Source of the DNA: an uncultured delta proteobacterium
GTDB taxonomy: Bacteria; Desulfobacterota; Syntrophobacteria; Syntrophobacterales; Syntrophobacteraceae
NCBI GenBank assembly: GCA_963808625.1
Contig: CAWEHK010000031.1
Coordinates: 1 to 64,000 of the forward strand
Direction of reading: 5' to 3'
DNA: 64,000 bases
Shown: positions 13,151 through 25,941 of the stretch, piece after piece
Numbering within the stretch: the first letter of the stretch is position 1
Layout: each line of letters opens with the position of its first letter
The notes under the pieces: generated by a model
The model's database searches: none
The model's input: the letters and a program-made list of their open reading frames with translations, nothing else
What the model was told of the DNA's origin: nothing
Made by a program: the position numbers and the translations under genes

Positions 13151-13753
13151 CTTTGCTGGACCTCAACTCAGAAGGCATTCTTAGTGATGCTCCCAGATGG
13201 CGCTTCCAGGCCGCCAATCATCCTTGACGATGCGTCTGCAGCATCAACCGAGCCATGATCTTTCGCTGGAGTAATCCCTGCGAGCTTCTTCGAGAATAGC
13301 ACTTTTCGTGATTTTGGCACTCTGAATTGCGTAAAATTAGGATGGTCAACTCCGGAAGAAACGAGTTATACGCGTTAGGGATCGAAAGTTGCTTTGTTTC
13401 ATCTTTCTGGATGCCCGCCAAAAGCACGCGGGCATGACAATAGGGTGCCTGTTGCTGCTCCGTCAATCCGCAGGCTGACCGGCGGGAATCGAGGAACCTG
13501 TGACACATGCAGGACTTCACCCTTAACGAGTATCGTGTTTTTCCCGAAACGCACCAGCCGCATGAATCAACCCAAGGGGAGGGTTTTAAACCCAACCACC
13601 ATGGCAACGATTCCGACGCGTTTCGGGAGGGGATGAACCCCTCCCCTACGGTCTGGATTTAGCTTTGCAGGTTTCCGGATGGAAACGAGTTTCCGTAGCA
13701 GCGTTACCACGCTTTTGACTGCCTGCGCGGATGGGGAAAGGGAAGAAGAGAGC

Positions 13754-15433
13754 ATGAATGCGCGCATCAGTGACCGAATTTTGAAGGGACCGAAGCGGGG
13801 GCCTCACCGGTCTTTTCTCAAGGCCGTAGGTTTCTCGCACCGGGATATCATGGAAAAACCGCTCATCGGGATTGCGAATTCCCACAATGACATGTTTCCC
13901 GGTCATGCCCATTTGAACCGGATTTCCCAGGCCGTCCGGGAAGGGGTTTTCGCGGGCGGCGGTCTCCCCTTCGAGTTTCATACCATTGCCCTTTGTGATG
14001 GGATTTGCATGGGCCACGAGGGAATGCGCTGCCCCCTGCCGAGCCGTGAGCTCATCGCGGATTCCATCGAGGTGACCCAGTTGGCCCACGCCTTCGACGG
14101 TCTGGTCCTGGTTACCAACTGCGACAAGATTACGCCGGGAATGATGATGGCGGCAGCCCGCCTGAACGTGCCGGCCATCCTCATCAGCGGCGGCCCCATG
14201 TGGTCGGGTTTCTGGCGTGGCAACCGGATCGATGACATCACCATCTTCGAGATGATGCCGAAGGTCGAGCGAGGCGCAGTGCCCCTGGCCGAACTTCATG
14301 AAATAGAAAAAGCCGCGAGTCCCGGGGTCGGCTGCTGTCCTTCCATTGCTACGGCCAACACCATGAACTGCCTCGCCGAGGCCATCGGGTTGGCCCTGCC
14401 CGGAAACGGGGCGATCCCCGCAGTGTCGGCAGAACGGACTGTCCTTGCCCGGGAGACCGGGAAACGGATTGTTGGACTGATCCAGGAGGACTTCCGGCCG
14501 GACCGCATTTTCGCCATGAAAAATTTCGAAAATGCCGTGGCGGTCGATATGGCCATCGGCGGCTCCACCAATTCGGTGCTGCATCTCATGGCGATGGCCC
14601 ACGAAGCCGGCATCCCGCTCGGTCTTCACCTCTTCGACCGGATGAGCCGCACGGTTTCGCGCCTCTGCAACCTCAGGCCCAACGGCCCTGATTTCATGGA
14701 AGACCTGTGGCGGGCCGGAGGCATTCCCGCCGTGATGAAGGAATTGGAAGCGGGCAACCTGGTCCACCTGGAGGCAGAAACCGTGGCCGGAGGCACTCTG
14801 GGAGATCTGCTCAAGGATGCTCATGCGGGAGACGGGGAAATCATCCGACCGCTTTCAAACCCCTGGGATCGCGAAGGGGGAATAGCCGTCCTCTATGGCA
14901 ATCTCGCCCCGGAAGGAGCCATCATCAAGCAGTCCGCCCTTGCCCGCAGCCGGCGGCGGCATCGTGGTCCGGCCCGGGTCTTTGAGAGCGAAGAAGACGC
15001 CGTGGAAGCCATGCTGAAGGGGGTGGTTCAGGAAGGAGAGGTCATCGTGATCCGTTATGAAGGTCCGAAAGGGGGACCAGGCATGAGGGAGATGCTCCTT
15101 GCGACCTCAACCCTCGTTGGCACCGGGTTGGATCGTTCGGTGGCCATGGTTACCGACGGGCGCTTTTCCGGGGCAACCAGAGGTCCTGCCGTTGGACACC
15201 TTTCACCCGAAGCCATGGAGGGTGGGCTCATTGCCGTTGTCAGAGACGGCGACGTGATCGAGATCGATGTGGAACGGAGGATGCTCAACCTTGAGGTTGG
15301 GCCGACTGAGGCGGGCAAACGATTCGAGGCCTGGCAAGCACCCGCACCGAAGGTTACCAGGGGTTATTTGGCCCGCTATGGTCTCCTGGCTACGTCGGCC
15401 TCAACCGGGGCAGTCCTGAAATCGCGCCTCTAG
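13754..15433 (+). CDS. ilvD: Dihydroxy-acid dehydratase
   Basis: [35 protein letters not shown] and [11 protein letters not shown] motifs. Confidence 0.93.
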   Translation: MNARISDRILKGPKRGPHRSFLKAVGFSHRDIMEKPLIGIANSHNDMFPGHAHLNRISQAVREGVFAGGGLPFEFHTIALCDGICMGHEGMRCPLPSRELIADSIEVTQLAHAFDGLVLVTNCDKITPGMMMAAARLNVPAILISGGPMWSGFWRGNRIDDITIFEMMPKVERGAVPLAELHEIEKAASPGVGCCPSIATANTMNCLAEAIGLALPGNGAIPAVSAERTVLARETGKRIVGLIQEDFRPDRIFAMKNFENAVAVDMAIGGSTNSVLHLMAMAHEAGIPLGLHLFDRMSRTVSRLCNLRPNGPDFMEDLWRAGGIPAVMKELEAGNLVHLEAETVAGGTLGDLLKDAHAGDGEIIRPLSNPWDREGGIAVLYGNLAPEGAIIKQSALARSRRRHRGPARVFESEEDAVEAMLKGVVQEGEVIVIRYEGPKGGPGMREMLLATSTLVGTGLDRSVAMVTDGRFSGATRGPAVGHLSPEAMEGGLIAVVRDGDVIEIDVERRMLNLEVGPTEAGKRFEAWQAPAPKVTRGYLARYGLLATSASTGAVLKSRL

Positions 15434-15831
15434 CACTGATCCTCGTTAAGGATGAAAAGGTTCTCTTTCTACCGCGGAGAACGCAGAGAGACTTCGCTAT
15501 GAAATCATTAGGTTTCTCTGCGATCTCAGCGTGCTCTGCGGTGAATTCATAAGTCTGCCAAAACGACGGTTCTCAGCCTAGACGAGTATAATTGCATACT
15601 TCATTGATCCCAAAAATACAACGTCAGCCCGGTGAAAACCGCGGCCCTGAAACTCTTAAGGACTGGATTCCGGCATTCGTAGGAATGCCGACACGGTGCA
15701 ATGTTTACAGCGTGGATCAATGCAATCAAGCGCTGGGCAGATGGCAGAATTCCTCGATTTCGGCCAGGAGAGTGATTTTGCATGATTCCCGCTCTTTACC
15801 CGCGATTATTCCGTCTTTTGAAGGACATACC

Positions 15832-16134
15832 TCAACGCAAGGTAAAAAGCCGCACCTGCAAGCACAGCCCCCATCCCCCACAAGAACAGCCCTTGCCAAA
15901 ACCTGCGCACCTCTTTCCGGCCCTTTGAGCTGGGGAGATTGCCCTCCCAGCGGCAATCGCGATTGCGGCATCGATAGCGGCGAATGGGATAAAACCGACT
16001 TACCAGCCGGTCGACCGGCCGACGGTGAATGACGGCCAGAGAACGACGGCCGCAGGTCGGACATGTGTGGCTGCGCCGGGAGCGTTTACGGTGGTTTGAT
16101 TTTCAGCATTCTGTTCTAAATCGCTGTCCGGCAT
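15832..16134 (-). CDS. Small zinc-ribbon membrane-associated hypothetical protein (frameshifted; absent from the ORF track)
   Basis: Frame reads HTCPTCGRRSLAVIHRRPVDRLVSRFYPIRRYRCRNRDCRWEGNL followed by a hydrophobic tail; the ATG at 16134 needs a 1-nt correction in an A run. Confidence 0.5.
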
Positions 16135-16332
16135 GATCTGGCACGCTACCTCAAAAATAGTGCTGGGTGCTGGGTGCTCACAGAGAACCCAATAATCCCA
16201 ATGCCACTGTTCATCGTTTCAGGCTGCCGCCCCGGAATGACAATTCAGATGATTCTCCCGGGGATGACTCAGAATATCGAATCAACCGATGTTTTGGTCT
16301 CTGAAATAGTCCTGCACAAAGGTAATGTGTCG

Positions 16333-16401
16333 CTAGATGAGGTCTTTCAGTTGCTCAAAGACCTGATCCGACATGCGCTTGGGTTTGATGGGCTTCAACA
16401 T
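16333..16401 (-). pseudogene. N-terminal stub of a GntR/FadR-family regulator
   Basis: RBS gaggaa, then MLKPIKPKRMSDQVFEQLKDLI followed by a stop; lies downstream of the lactate dehydrogenase genes. Confidence 0.7.
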
Positions 16402-16520
16402 GATCTTCCTCAGTCAAATGCAGTGGCAGGTGATCAGTAGCCAGTGACCAGTGATCAGTTGTTGCTGATCGCGGGCGGGGCCAACCGCCAGCCGTTTCCA
16501 CTGTCACCATGAGAAGGGGG

Positions 16521-17817
16521 TCACCCTAACGATTCAGCGTAGACCTCAATGGCATGCTTGACCTGGACCCGGTCCCCTGCCTGTGACAGCATATCCGTCA
16601 TTTGCAGCATGCAGGCCGGGCAGCTCGTCGCGACGACCTCACATCCCGACTGCTCGATGTTCTCTCGCTTGCGCTTGCCGATGGCTGCGGAAATGTCATA
16701 ATGCTGCAGATTAAAGCTCCCCCCCATCCCACAGCAGCGGTCGGCTTCGAGCATCTCCACAAAGCGATACCTCGGATTGGCCTGAAGCAAAGTGCGCGGC
16801 TGTCCCGCCACTCCCAGAGACTTCTTCAAGTGGCAAGGATCGTGGTAAGTGAGTATGACCTTTTTCTCATCGCCTTGTGTTTCTACCTGACGAAGACCCA
16901 GTTTATCAACCAAAAACTGGCTTACTTCCATGGTTTTTGAAGCCATTGCCGCCACCTGCTCCTGAGTTTCGGCATCGAGGTCCTGCGCCATCAACGGCCA
17001 GAGTTTCTTGATTGTCGAGGCGCAGGTCGCACAGGCGGTAATCAAAAAGTCGAAGGGCTGCGCGGTAAACCGTTGCAGGTTGTAGCGGACCAGTCTGTTG
17101 AAGGCTACCGTATCTCCCGAAGAAAGGGCGGGGATGCCGCAGCAGGCAAAGTCTTCGGGGAGATACACCCCAACGCCGTGATGGTCCATGGTGTGCATCA
17201 CGGCCTTTCCGATGTTTGGAAAAACCTTGTCAATGACACACCCGACAAAGAAGGCCACTTTCAATCCGGAAGCCCCTGGCTCGGTGTTCATGGGTTCCAC
17301 CATCCGGTGAAAGGCAATCGGGGCGAGGGCCTTAAAATGGCGGTCTCCCAGGGGCGAGGCGAAGCGGCTGCAAGAAGTCACCGAGCAGGTCATCAACCGG
17401 TTTAACGAAGATGCCCTGGAGCTTGGAGCCCCATTCCATGAGGCTGTCGAAGAATTCCGGATGCCCCAGCATGCCCCGGAAAATGGCCTTTTTCAGGGGA
17501 TGAAGCCCCATGTAACCGGTGAGGATGGCGCGCGCCTTGATGAAGATATCGAGCACCTTGACCCCGCTGGGGCAGTTGGCGGAGCAGGAGCCGCAGAGGA
17601 GGCAGCGCATCAGGCGTTCATTCACCCCTTTGGGATCTTTGAACATCTCCTGGACAAGGCCATCAAGGAGAGCCAGCTTCCCGCGCGCCACATCGGCCTC
17701 GCGACCGGTTTCCGCAAAGACCGGACAAACCGCCTGGCACATCCCGCAGCGCATGCAAACGACGAGCTGATCTTCGAGCTCCTTGATCAGTCCCGCGAGT
17801 TGCTTCATATCGGACAT
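16521..17817 (-). CDS. GlcF-like Fe-S subunit of a D-lactate/glycolate dehydrogenase (frameshifted)
   Basis: Two CxxCxxCxxxCP motifs and two CCG domains, split across two ORFs. Confidence 0.88.
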
Positions 17818-17819
17818 GG

Positions 17820-19203
17820 CTACTCTCCTATGATCTTGCCGGGGTTCAGAATGTTCTTGGGATCGAGGGCCGCTTTGATGCGCCGCGAATAGAGGATGGT
17901 GGCCCGGCTGGTTTCCTTCTCCAGGAAGCGGGATTTGGCCATACCAATGCCATGCTCACCGGAAAGGGTCCCTCCCAGCGCCAGCGCCCGGTCGAAAATG
18001 GCGTCAATGGCCTTTTCGACACGCTCCCATTCTTCATGGTTGCGCCGGTCCGTGAGGATCGTGGGATGGAGGTTGCCGTCGCCGGCATGGCCGAAGGTCC
18101 CAATGGTCAAATTGAATTCCTTGGCGATTTCTTCGATGGACCGAATCATAGCCGGGATCTTGCTCCGCGGCACCGTGGCATCTTCCAGCACCGTCGTGGG
18201 TTTGACCCTGGAGAGGGCCGAAAGGGCCGCGCGCCGCGCTTCCCAAACCTTATCCCGCTCGGCCGCATCCTGGGCCACGCGAACACTCATGGCCCCCATC
18301 TGCCGGCAGAGGGATTCCACCTTCTCGGCATCTTCCTCCACCTGCACCGGATGGCCGTCGACTTCGATGAGCAGCAGGGCCGCCGCGTCCACGGGAAGTC
18401 CCACATGGCTGAAATCCTCGACGGCGCGAATCGTGAAATTGTCCATGAACTCGAGGGTCACCGGCACGATGCGGTTGGCAATGATCGCCGCAACCGTTTC
18501 CGAAGCCTTATTGATATCATTAAATATGGCCATCATGGCCTTTTTTGCGGGCGGCATGGGGATCAGCTTGAGGATGATCTTGTCGAACACCCCCAGAGTG
18601 CCTTCGGAACCGACCATAAGGCCGCCCAGGTTGTAGCCGGTAACACACTTTACGGTGCGGGCGCCGGCCTTGACCAACTCCCCGTTGACGTCAAAGAATT
18701 CGAGCCCCATCACATAATCCCGGGTCACCCCGTAGCGCAGCCCGCGCAGCCCTCCGGCATTTTCCGCGACATTGCCGCCGAGGGTCGAAACCGCCTGGCT
18801 GCCGGGGTCGGGGGGATAGAAGAGCCCCCTTGCCTCCACCGCCGCGGCGAATTTGGCCGTCACCACGCCCGGTTCAACCACCGCATAGAGGTCTCCTTCA
18901 TTGATCTCGATGATTCGATTCAAGGCGTTGGTGAGCACCACCACGCCCCCCGCTTTGGGGATGGTCCCGCCGCTGAGATTGGTGCCGGCCCCGCGCACGG
19001 TCAGCGGCAAGCGCGTTTTCATTGCAGAGCCGCACCACTTTGCCCAGCGCTTCGCTCAAGGTCGGACGAAGGACCATAGCGAGGCAGGGCGGTTCAAGGA
19101 CGGCGGCGTCATAGGAATAAGTCATTCGATCCGTTTCGTCGACGAACACGTTTTCCTTGCCCAAAATCGTCTCGAATTCCTGCAACAGAACCTTGCTGAT
19201 CAT
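17820..19203 (-). CDS. GlcD-like FAD-linked subunit of a D-lactate/glycolate dehydrogenase (frameshift near 19020)
   Basis: RGAGTNLSGG, YPPDPGS, GHAGDGNLHP, SGEHGIG and DPKNILNPGK motifs. Confidence 0.9.
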
Positions 19204-19501
19204 AATGCCTCCTCTTTTCACCCTCACCCTTCCGTTATCAGGGTACGGTTTCTTTCAATCCTCGACAGTAACGTGCGCGATATGAAGCAGCCTGATCTGC
19301 TCTATTTTTAGCGACTTGCCGGCAAACTTACAATGCCTGAAATGCACCCCCCCCTCGGTAACAGCAGGAAGCCCTCAGGCAGGTTAAATCCCCCTCTTCC
19401 CCGTAACCGGATGATTGCTCATGGACTTCGGGTCTTTTTCAGTTATATGAATTGTGGGAACGACAATCCGGCTTTCCCCGTGTAGCTGGAGAACCTTTTT
19501 A

Positions 19502-19687
19502 AACGGTGTCAAAACAGCCCGTACAAGTACCTTGGGACTGATTGCCGCCAGCCACCATAGCATAGTGGAAAACCCGGGAACGTCATTCCCGCAGGCTTGA
19601 GGCGGGAATCCAGGGGTCTTTTGATCCCTGGACCCCCGCCAGAAACGTGCGGGGGTGACGACCGTAAGATCTTTTTTGGACACGCTC
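19502..19687 (+). mobile_element. MITE-like element with IS5-like termini enclosing paired REP-like hairpins
   Basis: Right end ttttttggacacgctc followed by tta; internal gtcattcccgc...gcgggaatcca / ctggacccccgc...gcgggggtgac; homologous to 49656-49843. The left end is degenerate. Confidence 0.6.
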
Positions 19688-19758
19688 TTAGACAAGCTCT
19701 TACTCCTGCGGAAGGGACAGAGCCATAATCCAATGGTGTTCACAGGGAGACGAAATTC

Positions 19759-20313
19759 ATGGAAAAACACGAACGGATGAGGTATTTAAGAAAGGGCTAC
19801 AGCAGTGCAGACCATCGGTCACCGACGTCGAGAGCCTGATCAGGCGTTTCTCTATGCCATCGAGGTGACGAAGAACCATGGCGGATCGACGATCGCCGCC
19901 CCCGCGCTGGCGCCGGAAGAACGCTCTCAACTGGCGGAGCTGTGCCGGCAAGCGGGATCACGCTCTTAACGGAAAATCTCCGGGACCATATCGGGAAGAT
20001 TCAGACCGGCCTGACCCTGGGCGACTGGGGTGTTGCTGAAACGGCCACCCTGGTGCTGGATTCGACTTCGGAAGACGTGCGCATTGCCACCATGTTGAGC
20101 GAAACCCATGTGGCCGTGCTCCCGAAGTCTCGCATCAAGTCCGACATCATGGAACTGGAACCCGAATTGAGCGAGAGCATGAAATCCGCTCCCCGTTATC
20201 TGTCCTTTATCAGCGGCGCCAGCCGCACGGCCGACATCGAACGGGTGCTGACCATCGGCGTCCACGGCCCCCAGGAGCTGCACCTTCTCATCCTGGATGA
20301 AGAGCCGGCTTGA
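19759..20313 (+). CDS. LutC/LldG-like LUD-domain lactate utilisation protein (5' part frameshifted)
   Basis: GVAETATLV and ISGASRTADIERVLTIGVHGP motifs. Confidence 0.85.
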
Positions 20314-20376
20314 TTATGGCGCTTCCTGCGACGACTCGAAACGGAACGCCCGACCTGTGACTTCAGGAGAAGAACC

Positions 20377-22532
20377 ATGATCACGACCCCCAGTGACCTC
20401 AAAACTTACAAGAAAGACCTGAAGCGAGCGCTTCAGAATCAGTTCCTGGGCGCCACTTTGGATAACTTTGCAACGGCCTTTAAGGCTTCCAGGGCGAAAG
20501 CCTTCGAGGGAATCGATCTCGACACGCTCATCGCCGAGATCGCCGCAGGGAAAGATGCGGCCATCCCCTACCTCGAGGAGCTCTTCGCGGCCTTCAAAGC
20601 CCGCGCCGAAGCGGCTGGGATCAAGGTGCACGTTGCCCACACCGCCTTTGAGGCCAACTCCATCATTGCCGATATTGCCAGGGCCAACGAGCGTGAAGAA
20701 AATCGTCAAGGGCAAGTCGATGACCGCAGAAGAAACCTTCCTCAACGACCACCTGGAAAAAGAAGGCTTTCATCGTCACCGAAACCGACCTCGGCGAGTG
20801 GATCATCCAACTTAGGCACGAAGGCCCTTCGCACATGGTCATGCCGGCCATCCATCTCTCCCGTAAGGAAGTTGCCGAACTCTTTACGAAGGTCACCGGG
20901 CAGGCTCAGGACCCCGACGACATCAACGGCATGGTCAAAGTGGCCCGGAGGGAACTCCGCCAGGCGTTCCTCGAGGCCGACATGGGCGTCACCGGGGCCA
21001 ATTTTGCCATCGCCGAGACGGGAACGATCGGACTCGTCACCAATGAGGGCAACGGCCGCCTGGTGACCACCCTGCCGCGCGTCCATGTGGCGCTGGTCGG
21101 GTTTGACAAGCTGGTGCCCGACCTCAAGAGCGCCCTGCGCATTCTCAAGGCGCTTCCGCGCAACGCCACCGGCCAGCTCATCTCGACTTATGTGACCTGG
21201 ATCACCGGCCCCACACCATGCACCTCCGCTCCCGACGGCCGCAAGGAGATGCATATCGTCTTCCTGGACAACGGCCGCCTGGCGCTGGCCCGCGACCCGC
21301 TGTTTTCCCAGGCGCTGCGGTGCATCCGCTGCGGCGCCTGCGCCAATGTCTGCCCCATCTACAAGCTCGTCGGCGGGCACAACTATGGTCATGTTTACAT
21401 TGGGGCCATCGGGCTCATCCTCACCTATTTCTACCACGGCCGCGAAAATGCCCGTGCCATCGTCCGAAACTGCCTCAACTGCCAGGCCTGCAAGGCGGTC
21501 TGCCCCACCGGCATCGACCTCCCCTATCTGATCAAGGGGGTCTACCGGACCATCCTCGAAGTCGGAAGGCCAACCGCCCGTCAAGAACCGCCTGCTGAAG
21601 CGCGTCTGGGAAATCGCAAGCTGTTCCATTTCCTCCTGCGCCGGGCCTACCTTGCGCAAAAGCCGGTCGCCAAAGGAGAATACCTGCGCCATCTGCCCTT
21701 CTTCTTTTCCTCGGAGCACGGGTTCCGCAGCCTGCCGGCGGTCGCCAAAACGCCGTTGCGGGACATGTGGGAACGGATCAATCCCCGGTTGAGAAGCCCC
21801 GCTACCGGGTGGCGCTCTTCGGGGGGTGCCTGGTGGATTTCGTCTATCCGGAACAGGCCCAGGCCCTGGTGCGTGCTCTTCAAAGACCACAACGTGCAGC
21901 TGGAATACCCCATGGAGCAGACCTGCTGCGGTCTGCCGGCCATGATGATGGGTGAAAATGAAACGGCGCGAGAAGTGGCCGTCCAGAACCTGAAGGCCAT
22001 GGACCCGGCGAGTTACGATTATATCCTGACGCTTTGCGCCTCCTGCGGTTCCCACCTGAAAGAGAACTATCCCAAACTCTGCGGTGAGGATGAGGGGCTC
22101 GGGCGTCAAGGTCGCAGCAGCTCGAGCATAAGCTGATTGATTTCAGTTCCTTCATGGTGAACGTTCTGCAAGTTAAGCCGGAAATGTTTCGCAGGAGCGG
22201 CAAGAAGGTTGCTTATCACGCGCCATGCCATCTTTGCCGCGGTCTGGGGGTGACACGCGAGCCTCGGGAACTTATCGTAACGGCGGGCATGGAATATTGC
22301 CCGGCAAAAGATGAAGACGTATGCTGCGGCTTCGGAGGGTCGTACTCCATCGATTTCCCGGAAATCTCGGCAGAACTGCTCAAGCGCAAACTGGCGAATG
22401 CGGAAGCGACCGGCGCCGAAGTGCTGGTGACCGACTGCCCGGGATGCGTGCTGCAACTGCGCGGCGGCATGGACCGAAAAACCGGTCGGAAAGCTTGAAG
22501 TGAAGCATATTGCTGAGATCATCGGTGAATAG
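20377..22532 (+). CDS. ldhH: L-lactate dehydrogenase large subunit (LutB-like LUD + Fe-S + CCG fusion, LdhH type); several frameshifts
   Basis: KGKSMTAEE, HMVMPAIH, GLVTNEGNGR, CIRCGACANVCP and two CCG domains across ORFs 20377, 20468, 20835, 21767 and 22154. Confidence 0.85.
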
Positions 22533-22552
22533 CGTTAGAGGAGCGAACACCG

Positions 22553-24063
22553 ATGACCGCCATTCCTTTCCCAGGCTCACTCCGGAAGAAGCTGTTACTC
22601 ACATTTTCGATGGCGCCACCGTGGCCTTCAGCGGCTTTGGCAATGTGGGCGCGCCCAAAGTCATTCCTCGGGCCCTGGCCGCCAGCGCCCGCAAGCAGCA
22701 TATGAAGGGCGAACCCTTTAAGGTCCGCGTATTGAGCGGGGCTGCCTGTGGCGTAGACGTTGATGAAGCGCTGGCGCAGGCCCGGGCCATCACCTGGCGC
22801 GCCCCCTACCAGAGCGCCGCCACCCTGCGCAAAGCAGATCAACCGGCAGGAAGTCGAATATGTGGACATGCACCTTTCCCACGTTCCCCAGACCGTTTCC
22901 TCCGGGTTTTTCGGCAAAGTGGACATCGCCGTCATCGAGGCAACTGAGATTACGCCCGACGGCAGGGTCTATCTGACCACCTCGATCGGCGCTTCTCCAA
23001 CCTACCTCAAATGCGCCGACCGCGTCTTGATCGAAATCAATCGCTATCATTCCCCGCGCCTTCGGGAAATGGCCGATATTTCATGCTGCTGCCGGCCCCC
23101 CATCGCAATCCTTTTCCCATCCTCGATCCCATGACCAAGTTTGGCTGGTCGTATGCCGTCGTTGATCCCAAAAAGGTCATCGGTATTGTCGAAAGCGATG
23201 AACCGGATTACATGGACCCACGCACCGACCGCGATACCACGAGCCAGCGAATTGCTGAACACGTGATCCGCTTCCTCTTCGACGAGATGCACGCCGGCCG
23301 CATCCCCGAAGGATTCCTTCCCATACAGGTGGGCATCGGCGCGTTGCCGACGGGGTCCTCGCTGCCCTTGGCAAGAACCCCTACATCCCGCCATTCCGGG
23401 TCTATAACCTGGTGATTCACGATCCCATGATCGACCTCATGGAGCGAAGGCAAGGTGATGGGCGCCAGCGCCACCAGCCTCTCGGTGTCGTCAGATGTCC
23501 TGAAACGAATCTACAATCGCATGGACTTCTTTGTGCCGCGCATCGTTTTGCGGCCGCAGGAGATTTCCAATCATCCGACGATTATCCGGCGCCTCGGGGT
23601 GATTGCCTTGAATGCGGCCCTCGAGGTGGACATCTATGGCAATGCCAACTCTTCCCATCTTTTCGGGACCGATATCGTGAACGGCGTCGGAGGCAGCGGT
23701 GAATTCACCCGCAACGCCTATCTTCCCATCATCATGTGCCCGTCGACTGCCAGGGGCGGCAAGATCTCCTGCATTGTGCCCATGACTCCGCACATCGACA
23801 GCAATGAGCATTCGGTGCAGATCGTCGTGACCGATCAGGGTCTTGCCGATCTCCGCGGGCTGGGACCGAAGCAGAGGGCCAAGGCGATCATCAACAACTG
23901 CGCCCATCCCGCTTACCGCGACTATCTGTGCCGCTATCTGGAACGGTCGCGGGTCGGCCATATCCGGCACAACCTGAGAGAATGCTTCGAGCTGCACCGC
24001 AATTTCATCGAACACGGCGCCATGCTGCCGGGTCTCGACCTTACCGAGACGAGCGTGTGCTGA
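22553..24063 (+). CDS. Succinate/acetate CoA transferase (acetyl-CoA hydrolase family), paralog 1; frameshifted
   Basis: AFSGF, RAPYQS, YVDMHLSH, LRPQEISNHP and NGVGGSGEFTRN motifs. Confidence 0.85.
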
Positions 24064-24094
24064 AAAACGAGATTCGTAACATAGAAGGAGAGAT

Positions 24095-25614
24095 ATGATG
24101 TCAACCGTAGGTGTCTTTCCCGATCTTACTCCCGAAGAAGCCGCCGCACGCATTCCCAATGGCGCGACCGTAGCCTTCAGCGGATTTACCAATTCGGGTG
24201 CGGCCAAGCTCATGCCGCGAGCCATTGCGGCGCGGGCGCGGGAATTGCACGAGAAGGGCGAACCGTATCAAGATCCGGGTGCTGACCGGGGCTTCGAGCA
24301 GTGAGAGCATCGACGAACCCCTGGCCGAGGCTGAAGCGATCTCGTGGCGGGCGCCCTATCAAAGTGCTCCCAGGCTTCGCCGGCAGATCAACAGCGAGGA
24401 AGTGGAATACGTGGACATGCATCTTTCGGCACTTTCGCAGACGCTGCTCGCCGGCTTTCACGGAAAGCTGAACTTCGCGGTCGTCGAGGCCACGGAGGTG
24501 ACGCCGGATGGCAGGGTTTATTTAACGACCTCCATCGGCGCCTCCCCAGCCTATCTCAAATATGCCGATTACGTCTTTATCGAAATCAACCACTTCCACT
24601 CGAAGCGCCTGCGGGAGATGGCGGATATTTTGATTCTGCCGCCACCGCCCCACCGCTTGCCGGTGCCGCTTCATGACCCCATGACCAAGCTCGGCATGCC
24701 CTACGCGGAGGTCGATCCCCGGAGGATCATGGGAATCATCGAAAACAACGAACCCGACCGCGTCGCCCCGTTCACCCCGGGAGACGCGCGCAGTCGCAAG
24801 ATTGCCGAGCACGTCCTGAATTTTCTCCTGGGCGAGCTGTGGGCCAAGCGCATCCCCAAAGAATTCCTGCCCCTGCAGGCGGGAGTCGGCAATGTGGCCA
24901 ACGCGGTGATGAGTGTTTTGGGCGAGAGTCCTGAGATTCCGCCATTCAAGATGTACACCGAAGTCTTCCAGGATGCGCTCGTTGACCTCATGGAAGCGGG
25001 AAAGCTCACGGGAGCCAGCACCACCAGCCTTACCCTGACCCCCGAGATCCTTGCAGCGGATCTACGACAACATGGACTTCTACGCCCCCCGTATTGTCCT
25101 GCGGCCCCAGGAAATCTCCAACCATCCCGGTGTCGTTACTCGCCTCGGGGTGATCGCCATGAACACCGCGCTCGAGGTCGATATCTACGGGAATGTCAAC
25201 TCGTCTCACGTCTTCGGCACCGACGTCATGAACGGCGTCGGGGGCAGCGGCGAATTCACCCGGAATGGCTACCTCTCGATCTACATGTGCCCATCCATTG
25301 CCAGAGGGGGTAAAATTTCGTCGATCGTCCCCATGTGCCCCCACATTGACAACAATGAGCATTCGGTGCAGATCGTGGTAACCGAGCAGGGTCTGGTCGA
25401 TCTTCGCGGCCTCGGGCCCATGCAGCGCGCCGCAGCGATTATCGAAAACTGCGCCCACCCGGCCTACCGCGACTACCTCTATCGCTACATCGAAAGGGCC
25501 CGGGTCGGCCACATTCGTCATGATCTTGAAACCTGCTACGAACTCCACCTCAACCTGATGGAACACGGCGCCATGCTGCCGGACCTGGATCTATCGGGGA
25601 TCGCTGAGGCCTGA
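24095..25614 (+). CDS. Succinate/acetate CoA transferase (acetyl-CoA hydrolase family), paralog 2; frameshifted
   Basis: Same motif set plus LQAGVGNVANAV. Confidence 0.87.
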
Positions 25615-25760
25615 TTACGGCGACACGCCCTATGGCGCACTACAGAAGGACAGATTTAACGGAGGGCGGGTTTTCCAACCCGCCATGATCAGCGTTAGGC
25701 CCTTGAACCCACCGCAAATGCACAGAGCGCAGGGAGAAACCCTGTTATTTCTCTCTGCGC

Positions 25761-25874
25761 TCTCTGTGACACTAATCCTGAGTTTCTTGTTTTCTTGCCA
25801 AGATTTTCTTTGGAACCTATTGGTATCGTTGAAATTCCCACTCAATTTTGGTTGCGGCCTATGGCTGCGCTGTG
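25761..25874 (-). repeat. Dispersed ~113-bp intergenic repeat, copy 2
   Basis: Inverted copy of 6122-6234. Confidence 0.85.
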
Positions 25875-25941
25875 TCTCCGGGCTGTATTTCTCTTTGATT
25901 GCGGGAAAGGGCTGCATTCTTGCGCATCCAGCTCTTTTCCC

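Noticed and set aside
13646..14824. Long antisense ORFs (also 3937-5019, 17952-19079, 20742-22109, 62323-63363)
   Set aside because: Shadows of well-supported genes on the opposite strand in GC-rich DNA.
16521..25614. Programmed frameshifting or phase variation in metabolic genes
   Set aside because: The indels lack consistent slippery motifs; only the IS5 A5G5 site fits a programmed shift.
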